Assembly (NCBI GenBank): GCA_951406725.2
Contig: OX597823.1
Coordinates: forward strand, 95,418,001-95,482,000
From: Octopus vulgaris
Lineage: Eukaryota
Length of the DNA: 64,000 nt
Reading direction: 5' to 3'
Under the pieces are notes generated by a model. That model was not told the origin of the DNA and made no database searches. It saw nothing but the letters and a program-made list of their open reading frames with translations. This document shows positions 51,660 to 64,000 of the stretch, in pieces. The position numbers and the translations under genes are program-made. Positions within the stretch are counted from its first letter, which is position 1; each line of letters starts with the position of its first letter.

Positions 51660-52387
51660 CCCCCAAACGCCATTTTGAAGTGTCGTCTTCCCTTCTTTTA
51701 CGCAGAAGAACGACACGTATCTCGACCAGATTGTGACTTGCGATGAAAAGTGGATTTTTTAGGACAACCGACGACACTCAGCTCAGTGGTTGGACACCGA
51801 CGAAGTTCCACGGCACTTCCCGAAGCCAAAATTGCACCAAAAGAAGGCCATGGTGACTGTTTGGTGGTCTGTTGCCGGTCTCATCCATTATAGCTATTTG
51901 GATCCAAGCGAAACCATTACGGCGGAGAAGTACTGTCAGCAAATGGATGAAATGCATAAGAAACTCCGACAACAGCCAGCATTGGTCAATAGATAAGGAC
52001 CAATTCTTCTCCACGACAATGCTCGGCCGCACGTCGCACAATTGACCCTGCAGAAGTTGAACGAATTGGGCTGCGAAACTCTGCCTCATCCGCCATACTC
52101 ACCAGACCTCTCGCCTACCGATAACCATTTTTTCAAGCATCTTGACAACTTCCTGCGTGAGAGATGCTTCAAAAACCAAGACGATGCCAAAGACGCCTTC
52201 AACGACTTCATCACCACCAGAACGCAGGATTTTCACGCTACTGGCATAAATAAACTTGTTTCGCGTTGGCAAAAGTCTGTTGATTCTGATGGTGTTTCTT
52301 TCTATTAATAAAGTTTTGTTTGGGCCGAGATATGTGCATCTGAATTTAAAGGTTAAAAACCACAAGAACTTTCTTGATAACCTAATA
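51660..52387 (+). mobile_element. Mariner (Hsmar1/SETMAR-like) transposase 3' part with right TIR
   Basis: IVTCDEKWI, LHDNARPH, HPPYSPDLSPTD; end aactttcttgataacctaata. Confidence 0.88.
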
Positions 52388-53046
52388 AATTAAAAAAAAA
52401 CAGGGTTTGCTTACTCAATAGAGGGCAGAATATATTACACGATATTACATGGTATTAATGAAATTTTAAAAATTCCATTTTTTTGGAAGCTGGATAAGAG
52501 ATAACGTTTTAATTTCAAAATGAAATCGGGATCATTTAGTAAGGGAGGTAACTATCTTTATAATAAGCGTATAAAACTAACAAAGGGAAATAACTCTCAT
52601 ATTTCTTAAACCTGATAATGTGGTTTTATTTTGTTAGTCCATGAAATTTGATGGTAGATTAACTTAAGGATAGGAGTAATCTCTGTAATCCAGTGGTTTG
52701 TTGGATAAGATTAAACATTTACCCTTGAATTACAGTGCATAGTCTGTCCTTTTATTGCACGAGAAAAATTTAAGAATAAAATTAAAATATTACTTTAACA
52801 TCAGGATTTATATTTACACAACTGTAACGATTATTTAAAATTCCTTTAATGGGTTCAGTGATTGGGCTGCGGCCATGCTGGAGCACCGCCTCTAGCCGAA
52901 CAAATCGACCTCAAGACTAATTCTTTGTAAGCCAAGTACTTATTCTATCGGTCGCTTTGCTGAAACGTTAACTTTCGGGTACGTAAACACACCAACATCG
53001 GTTGTCAAGCGATTGGGGGTGGGACACAAACACAGACACACAAATA

Positions 53047-53302
53047 TATACATACATACATACATACATACATACATACATACATACATACATACATACA
53101 TACATACATACATACATACATACATACATACATACATACATTCATACATACATACATACATACATACATACATACATACATACATACATACACATACATA
53201 CATACATACATACATACATACATTCATACATACATACATTCATACATACATACATACATACATACATACATACATACATACATACATACATACATACATA
53301 CA

Positions 53303-53334
<32 letters not shown>

Positions 53335-53345
53335 CATACATACAC
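53047..53345. repeat. (ACAT)n microsatellite
   Basis: Visible directly. Confidence 0.97.
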
Positions 53346-53355
53346 ACAATTATAA

Positions 53356-55432
53356 ACATGTGGGTAAGGAATGATGAACATTCCATAGAGGGGGATTTGA
53401 GAGGTGAAGGGGAGGAAGGAATGTTGAACATTCCAGAGAGGGGGATATGAGAGGTGAAAGGGAGGAAGGGGAGGAAGGAATGTTGAACGTTCCAGAGAGG
53501 GGATTTGAAAGGTGAAGGGCAGGAAGGGGAGGAAGGAATGTTGAATATTCCAGAAAGCGGGATTTGACGGGTGAAGGGGAGGAAGGGAAGGGACGAATGT
53601 TGAACTTTCCAGAGAGGGGGATTTGATAGGTGAAGGGAAGATAGGGGAGGAAGAAAAGTTGAACATTCCAGAGAGGGGCATTTGAGAGGGGAAGGGGTGG
53701 AAGGGGAGGAAGGGGAGGAAAGAATAATGAATACTCCAGAGAGGAACGAACATTCGAGAGGTGAAGGGCAGGAAGGAATGTTGAACTTTCCAGGAAGGGG
53801 GATTTGAGAGGTGAAAGGGAGGAAGGTGAGGAAGGAATTTTGAACATTCCAGAGAGGGAGATTTGATGAGGTGAAGGGAAGATAGGGGAGGAAGAAAAGT
53901 TGAACATTCCAGAGAGGGGCATTTGAGAGGGGAAGGAGTGGAAGGGGAGGAAGGTATGTTAAACATTCCAGAGAGGGTGATTTGAGAGGTGAAAGGGGAG
54001 GAAGGGGAGGAAGGAATGTTGAACGTTCCAGAGTGGGGGATTTGAGAGGTGAAGGGGAATAAGGGGAGAAAGAAATGTTGAACATTCCAGAGAGGGGGAT
54101 TTGAGAGGTGAAAGGGAGGAAGGTGAGGAAGGAATTTTGAACAATCCAGAAAGGGGGATTTCAGAGGTGACGCAGAGGAAGGGGAGAAAGAAATGTTGAA
54201 CATTCCAGAGAGGGGGATTTGAGAGGTGAATAGGAGGAAGGGGAGGAAGGAATGTTGAACGTTCCAGAGTGGGGGATTTGAGAGTTGAAGGGGAGTAAGG
54301 GGAGGAAGGAATTTTGAACAATCCAGAGAGGGGGATTTCAGAGGTGACGCTGAGGAAGGGGAGAAAGAAATGTTGAACATTCCAGAGAGGGGTGTATTTC
54401 AGAACTGAAGGGGAGGAAGGAATGTTGAACGTTCCAGAGTGGGGGATTTGAGAGGTGAAGGGGAGTAAGGGGAGGAAGGAATTTTGAACAATCCAGAGAG
54501 GGGGATTTCAGAGGTGAAGTGGAGGAAGGGGAGGAAGGAATGTTAAACATTCCAGAGAGGGTGATTTGAGAGGTGAAGAGGTGTAGGAAGAAATGTTGAA
54601 TATTCCCGAGAGGGGGATTTGAGAGACGAAGTGGAGGAAGGGGAAGAAGGAATGTTGAACAATCCAGAGCAAGGGACTTGAGAAGTGAAGGGGAGGAAGT
54701 GAACGAAAGAATGTCCAACATTCCAGACAGGAGGTTTTAGAGGTGAAGGTGAGGAAGGGGAAGAATGAATGTTGTACATTTCTGAGAGAGGGGTTTGAGA
54801 GGTGAAGGGGAGGAAGTGGAGGAAGAAATGTTTCAAATTCCAGCGAGGGGTTATTTGAGAGGTGACGGGGAGGAGGGGGAGTAAGGAATGTTGAACATTG
54901 CAGAGAAGGGGATTTGAGAGGTGAAGGGGAGGAAGGAATGTTGAACATTTAGAGAAAGGGATTTGAGAAGTGAAGGGGAGGAAGGTGAGTAAGGGATGTT
55001 GAACATTCCAGAGAGGTAAAGTGGAGGAAGGGGAGGAAGGAATGTTGAACATTCCAGAGATAGGGGTTTGCGAGGTGAAGTGAGGAAGGGGAGGAAGGAA
55101 CGTTGCACATTCCAGAGAGGGAAATTTGAGAGGTGAAGGGAAGGAAGGGGAGGAAGGAATGTTGAACATTGCAGAGAGGGGGTTTTGAGACATAAAGTGG
55201 AGGAAGGGGATGAAGGAATGCTGAACATTCCAGAGAGGGGGATTTCAGAAGTGAAGGGGAGGGAGAGGAGGAAGGAATGTTGAACATTCCAGAGGGGGAT
55301 TTGAGAGGTGAAGGGGAGGAATGGAAGGAAGGAATGTTGAACATTCCAGAGAGGGGATTTGAGAGATGCAGGTAGGAAGGGGAGGAAGGAATGTTGAACA
55401 TTCCAGAGAGGGGGAGTTTAGATTTGAAGGGG
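53356..55432. repeat. Purine-rich minisatellite, unit about 49-60 bp, roughly 35 copies
   Basis: Consensus about gaaggggaggaaggaatgttgaacattccagagagggggatttgagaggtgaagggga. Confidence 0.96.
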
Positions 55433-55654
55433 AGTATTGCGTGGTACTGATTGTGATACTGGTCACAAAATGGTTGGGGCCAAGTTCAAGTTCATGATCC
55501 GGAAGAAGAATCTTAGTGCAGGTGTACGAGTACCAAAGAACATTGATGCAGAGCAGCTAAAACAAGCACAAGTTTTGCAGTTGTTTCAGAAGAGATGCAG
55601 CAATGTTCATTTTGGAGGTTCATGGCAATCTTTACGGGATGGAATATAAAAAAT

Positions 55655-56137
55655 GCTTATACATTCTAATTTTTCAAATCTACCGCAGAATACTACATGT
55701 CTCTGTTGGACGAACTACAGGAAGATTTGAAACAGAAACACCGGGGAAAGCTGAGCCGTAATATCCTGTTCTTGCAGGACAATGCACCAGCACACACAAC
55801 ACATGAAACTACAGAAAACATGTGACTTTGGTTTCGAATAGGTAGTCCATTCTCCTTGCTCTCCTGGCTTGGCCCCCTCCGACTACCATCTCCTTCCACA
55901 ACTGAAGAAAGTCCCCAAGGGAACAAAATTTCACTCCAATTCGAATGTGATCGCTGGTACCGACGCTTGGTTGAGGCCCAACATTTCGATTTCTTTTTAG
56001 AGGGTTTAAAAAAATGAAGGACCGCTGCAATATGTGTGTGAGTGTGAGGGGGGAATATGTTGTATAACATCACAATTAACTGATTCTTATGTATTTTCTT
56101 TTACCCAAAGCCAAGAAATTTTCAGCACCCCCTCATA
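55655..56137 (+). mobile_element. Mariner 3' fragment
   Basis: ILFLQDNAPAH, LAPSDYHLLPQLKK; TIR-like end aattttcagcaccccctcata. Confidence 0.72.
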
Positions 56138-56528
56138 AAAATCCTACGTCACAACAATTAGTTACCTATCTATAAAATATGCTTAACATTTTTAGAAAAA
56201 AATATGCGTGTCATATTATGTGAAAAGCAATTACAATTAATGAGTTATTTAGAATTGAAGTATTTAAATGTTTTTCTATATTTGTGAGAACATTTCATTG
56301 TAAAATACCTTTATAATTCAATGATATTTATTTAAAAGAAATTATATAATACCCCAAAGCAAAGATCACGTTTAAAATTACCAGTATTGTATGATGGTGC
56401 CTAACTAATAATGGACCCCATTAAATCATACTTAGTGTTCCTATCCTTTGAATACTAAATGTGAGCATGGGACATGGACATTAAAGGATGATGATAATGA
56501 TAATGAGGTTGAGGATGATGATGGCAAA

Positions 56529-56574
<46 letters not shown>

Positions 56575-56929
56575 GGATGAATAAAGCGTATCGCCAGGAA
56601 AATAAATGCAGTTGGTGGCCAAGAATTTGAACGAGAATCAAAGGAATTCTTCATAATTTCACTATTTTTAACACAACGTGTACAGTATTCGTAGCGGGTG
56701 TGATTTATTACTCTTCGTTGTTTTTTACATTTTAAAATATTCCATTTGAGTAACTCGATTTAAAAGGAATAACATCAATGCCATTCCAACCGTAACAAAC
56801 CAGGTGCAGCAATTGAATGACTTGCATAAGAAATAACTTATACATATTTGCATGGGCACATATACACATATGTATATGAATATATTTATTTGTTTGTGCA
56901 TTTAGTTGAGTGCGCACAATTTATTATTT

Positions 56930-58010
56930 GCAATAACGACTTCAAGAAACCAACCAGTCACCTGTTCACTTATTAATGTGGTGGCCACACAAAGCAAGAT
57001 TGACTACATTCTCACCAGAAAGCAGGAAAGCTAGTTGCTTATAAACACAAAACCCTTCCCAGGTGAAGAGTGCAAACCTCGACATGTGTTAGTTAATAGT
57101 GAATTCAGAGTTCAGGCTAGAAAGACACCAAGAAGCAAACCAGTTTGGAAAAGAAAGATTTGGAAGCTTAAGGATCCTCTGAATAGTCAGAGATTTAGAG
57201 AGATTCTAAATGAAGCATTTGGCAAGGAGGGAGAGGAGGAGAAGATAGTAATATATGAATAACATAGAGGACAACTGGAGGTTCCTATGAGACAACACAA
57301 TGGTGGCCACTAACCAAATTTGTGGATAGTGCAAAGTCCTCTCCACACCTATGGTGACATGGTGGTGTCCTTAAAGATGACACACCCAATGGTTGGAGTA
57401 GCAACATTATAGTCAACCCTACAAATGTAAAGATGATACTTTAGACCGAGATAATTACAAAAGTATCAAATCGCTGGAACAGGTGATGAAAGTTACAGAG
57501 AAGGTCAAAAATTAAAAAGAGAGAGTCTTGATGGAATGCAGTTTGGTTTTGTGCCAGGAAGATGCACAACTGATGCTATCTTCTTGGTGAAGCTGCTTCA
57601 GGAGAAGTACTTTGCTTTTATTGAAATGGAGAAAGCCTTTGAGGGGCTCCCCTGCTCCCTTATCTGGTGGGCAATGCAGAAGGCTAGAGATAAATGAGTG
57701 GCTAGTGAGAGCTGTAGAAACCAGGTAGAGAGATGCTGATTGTAAGGTGAAGGCTGGCAACGAGTATAACAGTGAATTCAGTGTACAGGTAGGAGTGTAC
57801 ACAAAGGATCGATTCTCAGCCCCCTTTTTGTTCATCATAGTCCTTCTGGCCATAACAGGAATTTCAGATGTGTTGCTCATGAAAGCTCCTCTATGCTGAT
57901 AACTTTGAACTTATTGCTGAATCACTACAAGAACTAGAGAAGAAATTTCAGGTGTGGAAGCAAGGTTTGGAATCAAGGGGCCTTAGAATTGAGTTAGCAA
58001 AGACTAAACC
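56930..58010 (+). mobile_element. Heavily decayed RTE LINE
   Basis: IDYILTRK, KPFPGEEC, QFGFVPGRCTTDAIF and LLYAD similarity to the 19092 element. Confidence 0.8.
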
Positions 58011-59185
58011 CCTAGAAAACCTTAATAAGAAGCAAGGTGTGATGTTTTGACTTATGAAAATTTCAATTCAACTGCTGTTTTGTCTTATTTTTTACTTTTT
58101 TGTTTTGTTGTTTTGATTTTTTATGCCTTGTTGTCAGGAATGAAATGGTTGCCTTTGTACAGTCTGGTCGAACATTCTTATGCAGCCTTTACCTTTTAAA
58201 GGGGCCCTGTACAGCTTTTTTACCTTTTTAAGGCAGCCCTGTGCAGCCCTTATCATTTAAAAAATCTCAGTATCGCCTTTTTATCTGTTAAGGTCACACC
58301 ATACTTCCCTTATCCTTCTCCAAAGAAAGGTCTTCCTTATTCCCTTGCCATCTTTAGGGCTACTCTCTATAAATAAACAGTCAACAGCCACAGCATCACT
58401 GGGTTGTAGAGGACCAACAGAGGAAACTTGCTCTTCTTGTGTTGTATATGTAGAACAAATCTGCTGAACGGAGGCCAACCTTTGCCAAGCTAGAACAACA
58501 CCTGGAATTGAACTTGGCACTACAAGTTAATGAAAGACTTGTCCATTTCACAGTGCTGCCACTTCTTACTGCCAGTATGTTGTTCTTCTACTTTCATTTT
58601 TACAATTATTACCCCATGTTCTCAGTCTTGCATGTATAAACAGGATTTCATTCATCCAGGAAATACTATTTTATTTGGTTTGAATCTTTTTCAAATGCAT
58701 ATACATACCCAGGTGAGTGTATATATATATATATATATACACACACACAAAGGAGTTTATGCACTTATAGCTTTTCTTCATTATGTATATACTTGTGCAA
58801 CATTTCCTTCCACCAATTCTCTCTCTCTCACTCTCTCCCTTCTGGTAGGGTCTCCATTCATTTTCAAATCTCCATGCTATCTTAAATGGTGTTAAGTTAT
58901 AAAGGTCTCTGTTATTATATTTATTATTACTTTTATTATTAGTATCGTTATGCATTTATTTTCTTTTAAATTTATTTTCATATTTATTTTTAATTCTTAT
59001 ATTCCAATGTGCAATTAAAGTGTAAAGTTCTGTGGAAAATAGAATCAAAAGACAAAACAAAAAGATTTGGAGGAAATGAATAAAAAGAGAGGAAACCATT
59101 CTTTGGGGAATTTCCGAATGGTTTGAGAAACTTTCCATCATTAAAACATTAGGGTTTTTTCATTATTCATGTATTTACATATAAT

Positions 59186-59272
<87 letters not shown>

Positions 59273-59310
59273 TAAATGGAGTTTAACGCAGGTATAATTC
59301 AAATAGTTTT

Positions 59311-59398
59311 ACTTCCGACACATGTTTCGAAGATTTCACTGATATTATTCAATAGAATAAAATGGTGTAAAGCAATGTAATCTTCTCTTTAGGGAAGT
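59311..59398 (-). ncRNA. Type I hammerhead motif with one core substitution, in an insert of about 400 bp between (TA)n tracts
   Basis: ACTTCC CTAAAGA GAAGATT...AATCTTC GAAAC ATGT GTC GGAAGT: 6-bp stem I, 7-bp stem II, GUC site; core G is replaced by A. Confidence 0.7.
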
Positions 59399-59668
59399 GA
59401 ATAAATGAAACTCGTCAATAAGACATTTTAACTGAAAATGATGGATGTGTATAGTGATTTACTGAACGCTATTAATATTGTTTGAAAATGTTATATGATA
59501 TAACATCAGAAGTAACTTATAGAAAGAGGAGGGATATTTTTAGTGAATGTTAAATATAAAAGAAAATTAATGTTTAGATTATATATAATGATAGAGATTA
59601 CTTATATGAACTAAAGGTGTTTTTGTCAATGTTTACATCTGTATACACGCTCTATAACCGTGCATACC

Positions 59669-59707
<39 letters not shown>

Positions 59708-60037
59708 TATCTATATACACTACCTTATAAGGGAACCATTTTGATTAAATCCATTTGCACCAAAAAAACAAACAGATAAATAAAATTGCATGATTCTAAC
59801 TAATTTGTTTTTTTTTATTGTATTTTTTGTTTGGTTGTTTTGTTTGCAAAAAATCTCATTTTGTTTTTGCTTGACCCTAGATGCAGGGTGTGTGTTTTCT
59901 GTGATTCTACTAATCCAAGGGTGGTTGATAAACGGTGGTGTTAGAGGGTTGGACAAAGGGTGTTGCAGTGTCTGTGTTGGGTTTTGACATTCTGTGACGA
60001 AAGGGATGCCAAGTTGTATCAGGACAACACTGGTGCC

Positions 60038-60072
<35 letters not shown>

Positions 60073-61797
60073 GAGAGGAGACTAGAATACAGAGCTGACT
60101 GCTAGTGTTACACCCTGCCCCATCCTGTACATTCAGGTACATATGCACTGACCACTAAGCCATGCACCTTCGACAGGTAAATTAGAATAGCAGACATGAG
60201 ACAGAGACTCCATTGTAGTCATTAGTAAAGTGAAGGTAACTGTTAATGTTGTGGGTCAACAGAATGAGAAGGTGAGGAGTCATTTTAAAGTATCAGTGGC
60301 AAGAAGTGCCACAAGGTGAACAGGTTGGTGGAACCCAGTTAAAAATTACAGGGAGTCTATTGTAGGAGTGAGAAATGGGGGAGAGAGAATAAAAAATGAA
60401 TAATGAACATTTGACAACCCCCAACCCAAATTGCTGACCAAAATTTGAAACCCTTATTAGTAAAAGTTTCAGGTAACGAGATGCAAGAATTAGACAAAAT
60501 GTTTAACTGCATCTCTTCTGGCTCTTGATGTTCTGAGTTCAAATATTGCCAAGGGCAAGTTTGGCTTTCATGCTTTTGAGGCTGATAAAATGCTGTACCA
60601 ATCAAATACTGGGGTCGATGTAACTGACTAATCTCGTCCCCCCTTCCCCCTAAAATTGCTATCCATATGATTCTTAGGGGTACCTGAAAGATTTGCCATT
60701 CAAATCTCTGTGTAATAAAATATCTCATACTTTCATTATAAAAATATAATAAGATTTTTTAAGCATCAAATGGCTCGGAGGTTCCTTCAGAGGAAAACAA
60801 GAAATCAAAAAAGTCCAAAGGTAGAGAAAAGTTGAGGAACTCTGGTTTAAGCTTATGTGCAACACACAAATCACCAAAATTGCTAGTCTTCCAACTTTAT
60901 TGGACAAAACTACAATACAAATAAGTGGGGGGAAACGGTGAGAATTAAGCAGCGGAAAATGGGGAGGAGAAGGAAGCAAAGGGTGGTACACCCCAGACCA
61001 AATGGCACGTTCAACGGTGCTCTGTGGACTTGATTGCAAAGGCATTGCTGTGGAGAATGGCCAGCAACACTTGCTTCAGCAGCCAATCCACCTAGCAGGG
61101 CTCATTTGTCAGGTGGACCACAATTATTCTGATTTTGTGGGGTAAATCATCCGTGCAGGGTCTGAGAACACCTGAGGTCACTACTGCAACCAGTACAAAC
61201 TGATAGTGGCCGGTCAGGCTCCTGTATTTATCTATTTTCCCTTTCCTCTGGGTTATGGATATTTATTCCTTGTGAGATGGCGAATGATAACATAATTTGA
61301 TGGGGTAGGTTGTTTTGTAGTGTCCGAATGGAAAGGCGGGCTTACTTAAAGATAATTCACACACAAATGAAAAGATGCTGAAGACTATTGTGAAATAGGA
61401 GAACAGATGTTTTATTCCATTAAAAATATTAAATTGACCACACCAGATCAAAACAAAACAAGAGATTGGAAACAACAACAACAATAGTTATTACAAGAAA
61501 TTCCATGGCACCATAATGTTTGGCGTTGTTTATATTTTCGAAGAAATGGTCGTGAGAAGAATTTCTGAAACATCTCAAATAACAAAAAATGCAAACAAAG
61601 AATGATGTGTGTGTCTATTTATAATGTGTGTATGTGTATGAGTGCGTGAGAGAGGGAGAGGGAGAGAAAGAGCGACAGAGAGGGGGAGAAAGAGAGGAGA
61701 GAGGGAGAGAGAGAGGGGGAGAGGGAGAAACAGATGGAGTGAGTAATGTATTTGTGAGAGTTTGAAAAAAATCATCTCGTGTAGATTCATCAGACGT

Positions 61798-62345
61798 GGA
61801 GGCGCGTTGCTTAGTGGTTAGGGTGTCAGCATCATGATCCTAGGATTGTCATTTCGATTCCTGGACTGGGTGACGAGTTGTGTTCTTGAGCAAAATACTT
61901 CATTTCATGTTGCTCCAGTCCACTCAGCTGGCAAAAATGAGTAACACTGCGATTGTCTGGCGTCCCGTCCAGCTGGGGAACACATACGCCATTGAAACCG
62001 GGAAACCGGGCCCATAAGCCTGGCTAGGCTTTAAAAGGGCGTAGTGGAGGTGCAATTCCCCAGTGGTTAGGGCAGCGGACTCGTGGTTGGAAGATCGCGG
62101 TTTCGATTCCCAAACCAGGCGTTGTGTATGTTTATTGAGCGAAAACGCCTTAAGCACCACAAGGCTCCGGCAGGGGGTGGTGGCAACCCCTGTTGTACTC
62201 TTTTGTCCCAACTTTCTCTCACTCTTCCTGTTTCTTGAGTAATGCTGCGATGGACTGTCATCCCGTCCAGCTGGGGGGAACAAATACGCCATAGAAACCG
62301 GGAAACCGGGCCTATGAGCCTGTCTAGGCTTGAAAAGGTCGCATA
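61798..62345 (+). mobile_element. Two tandem tRNA-derived SINEs sharing a 3' tail
   Basis: Two A/B-box heads (61798, 62047), both ending cccgtccagctgggg..acatacgcc..gaaaccgggaaaccgggcc. Confidence 0.75.
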
Positions 62346-63470
62346 AATAAATAAAAAAGATTCATCAGACAACTCCAGTTTGTTGAAATAGAAAAAAAAG
62401 GTCTTTATAGAGATTTTACTCAGCTTTTTGAGGCAAACGAAAGTTCCAGTTGCGATTGGCTGAACATAACAAACAAAAGACAGTCATGTGATGTTTCATC
62501 CGAGCTGCCTTTCTAGGCTTGCAGAAACACAGTAGTATAACCATTGGAATTCAATATTTTTTTATTGTGAGACAAGTGGCCGGTTGGAAGATTGTGCACA
62601 GATACTGACAAGAGGGACATCAAATTATCTGGTAAAATAGGGGTCATTGATTGAATGAAATCCAAGCTTAAGGGGATTTGTCAAACAAATACATGTAAAC
62701 ATACACAAGATATTATGTAGTAGTTTGAGGGAGATTCAGCTACTATTTCTAACTGATCTTCCAGACATGCAGAGGTAGTAATATAATGTTGTTATAATAA
62801 ATTTGAGGTAGTGATATCATGCTGCTATGAGGAAAGAAGCCATTCTGCTGTGGAGTCTCATCTCAGATGACAAGTCTTGAGGAGTGGCCATCAAATAGGA
62901 CATGTGGAATGGTGTGTGTATATCAGTTAAGCCAAGAACTTGCATGAAGTGGGGCAGCCAATTGCACATAGCATCCACATCTAGTGAGAAAATATTAGCA
63001 CTGGCAGAAGGGTGAGTGATGTGGATCTGAGATGTTCAGGTTTCAAGTCATTATTGAAATAACCCTCTTTCAATTGATGCTGATGGATTCTGTTCATCTA
63101 TTTACACGAAGAATAAAATTCTTAGGAGTCTGAAGGGACAAATGTTGAGTGAGAAGGTGCTTGAATTGGACCCTTAATTCAACCCTTACCGACAAACACA
63201 GGTGTCCGGTCACTGGCAAATTTTGGGTGGCACATTTATGGGAATCATCTTGACACTGTTTGGATGGTCATCAGGATTTGACATGGTTTAACATAAGGGG
63301 TGAAATGTTGCAGTGTGGACATGCTTTTCTCTTTCCACTGTCCACTCTACCCTCTATGTTCTTGTGGTAGCCATTGTGAAATAGGAAAGGTGGACTTGGT
63401 CAGAGCTTGACAGTTGCTCTTTCTCTATACTGTATCACTTGTTGTGGGCATCAAAACGTGGTTCTTGCAA

Positions 63471-63534
<64 letters not shown>

Positions 63535-63723
63535 GTTGTGGTTCTGGTTCTATTGTTCTTGTTAATTGTATTGTAGTGGGTGTTTAGCCTCAAATCAATG
63601 CTCATAGACATTTATTGTTGTTGATGGTGGTGTTTGTGTTGATAACCAATCCTAACTTCCCAGACAAATGTCAGAGAAGTTACCCTTGAAAGATCTACAG
63701 GTTTTCTTCACGTACTTAACCCT

Positions 63724-63848
63724 TATGAAATTATTCTATTTATATTATTATCATTGCTATTTTTGTTGTTGTTTTTTCCGTAGTAGTAGTAATAATTGTT
63801 GTTATTAAAATTATTATTGTGATTATTATTATTATCATTATTATTATG

Positions 63849-63900
<52 letters not shown>

Positions 63901-64000
63901 ATTATCTTCTTTGAATTTCGCTTCCAATTCTTGCTGAGTGTCTTCCCAACACCTAGAGCAAAGAAACTCATTGTATTCATTGGCAGGTCATCAAAATAAA
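63724..64000 (-). mobile_element. 3' end of a Dong/R4-like LINE with (AAT)n tail, continuing beyond the right edge
   Basis: The reverse complement of 63905-63970 aligns with the Dong 3' UTR at 2727-2796. Confidence 0.72.

Noticed and set aside
51790-52308. Host SETMAR gene
   Set aside because: Only a mariner transposase fragment with stops and a TIR; no SET domain
53142-55466. Pro/Ser-rich ORFs up to 412 aa on the minus strand
   Set aside because: Stop-poor pyrimidine strand of the minisatellite; open in several frames and no splice support
58281-58520. 79-aa ORF and other unique-looking sequence at 58-63 kb
   Set aside because: No recognizable domain or consistent exon structure

Overview
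AT-rich, repeat-dense animal genomic DNA. The repeat landscape (tRNA-derived SINEs, RTE and Dong/R4 LINEs, huge TA/ACAT/AAT microsatellites) suggests an octopus/coleoid cephalopod; this is an inference. One host gene is supported: a minus-strand SLC22 organic cation/anion transporter-like gene with 7 coding exons (27943 to 2951). All junctions are GT-AG and phase-consistent, about 412 codons are read, and the gene continues off the left edge. The rest is mobile-element debris: RTE, Dong/R4, Hero-like, CR1-like and Tx1/L1-like LINEs, three Helitrons, mariner fragments, SINEs and Penelope-like remnants. Highlights: (1) dispersed minimal type-I hammerhead-ribozyme motifs with palindromic stem III in (TA)n-embedded Penelope-like repeats, including 355-bp inverted repeats and a 243-bp fold-back; (2) a head-to-tail Helitron junction (CTAG|TC); (3) an ORF1-only Tx1/L1-like element with a putative target-site duplication that shares a 3' tail with a LINE and a SINE; (4) a 34-bp minisatellite born from LINE coding sequence; (5) inverted RTE copies bracketing SLC22 exon 2; (6) a covarying 3' stem-loop in Dong elements. 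All coordinates were read by eye and TE boundaries are approximate.
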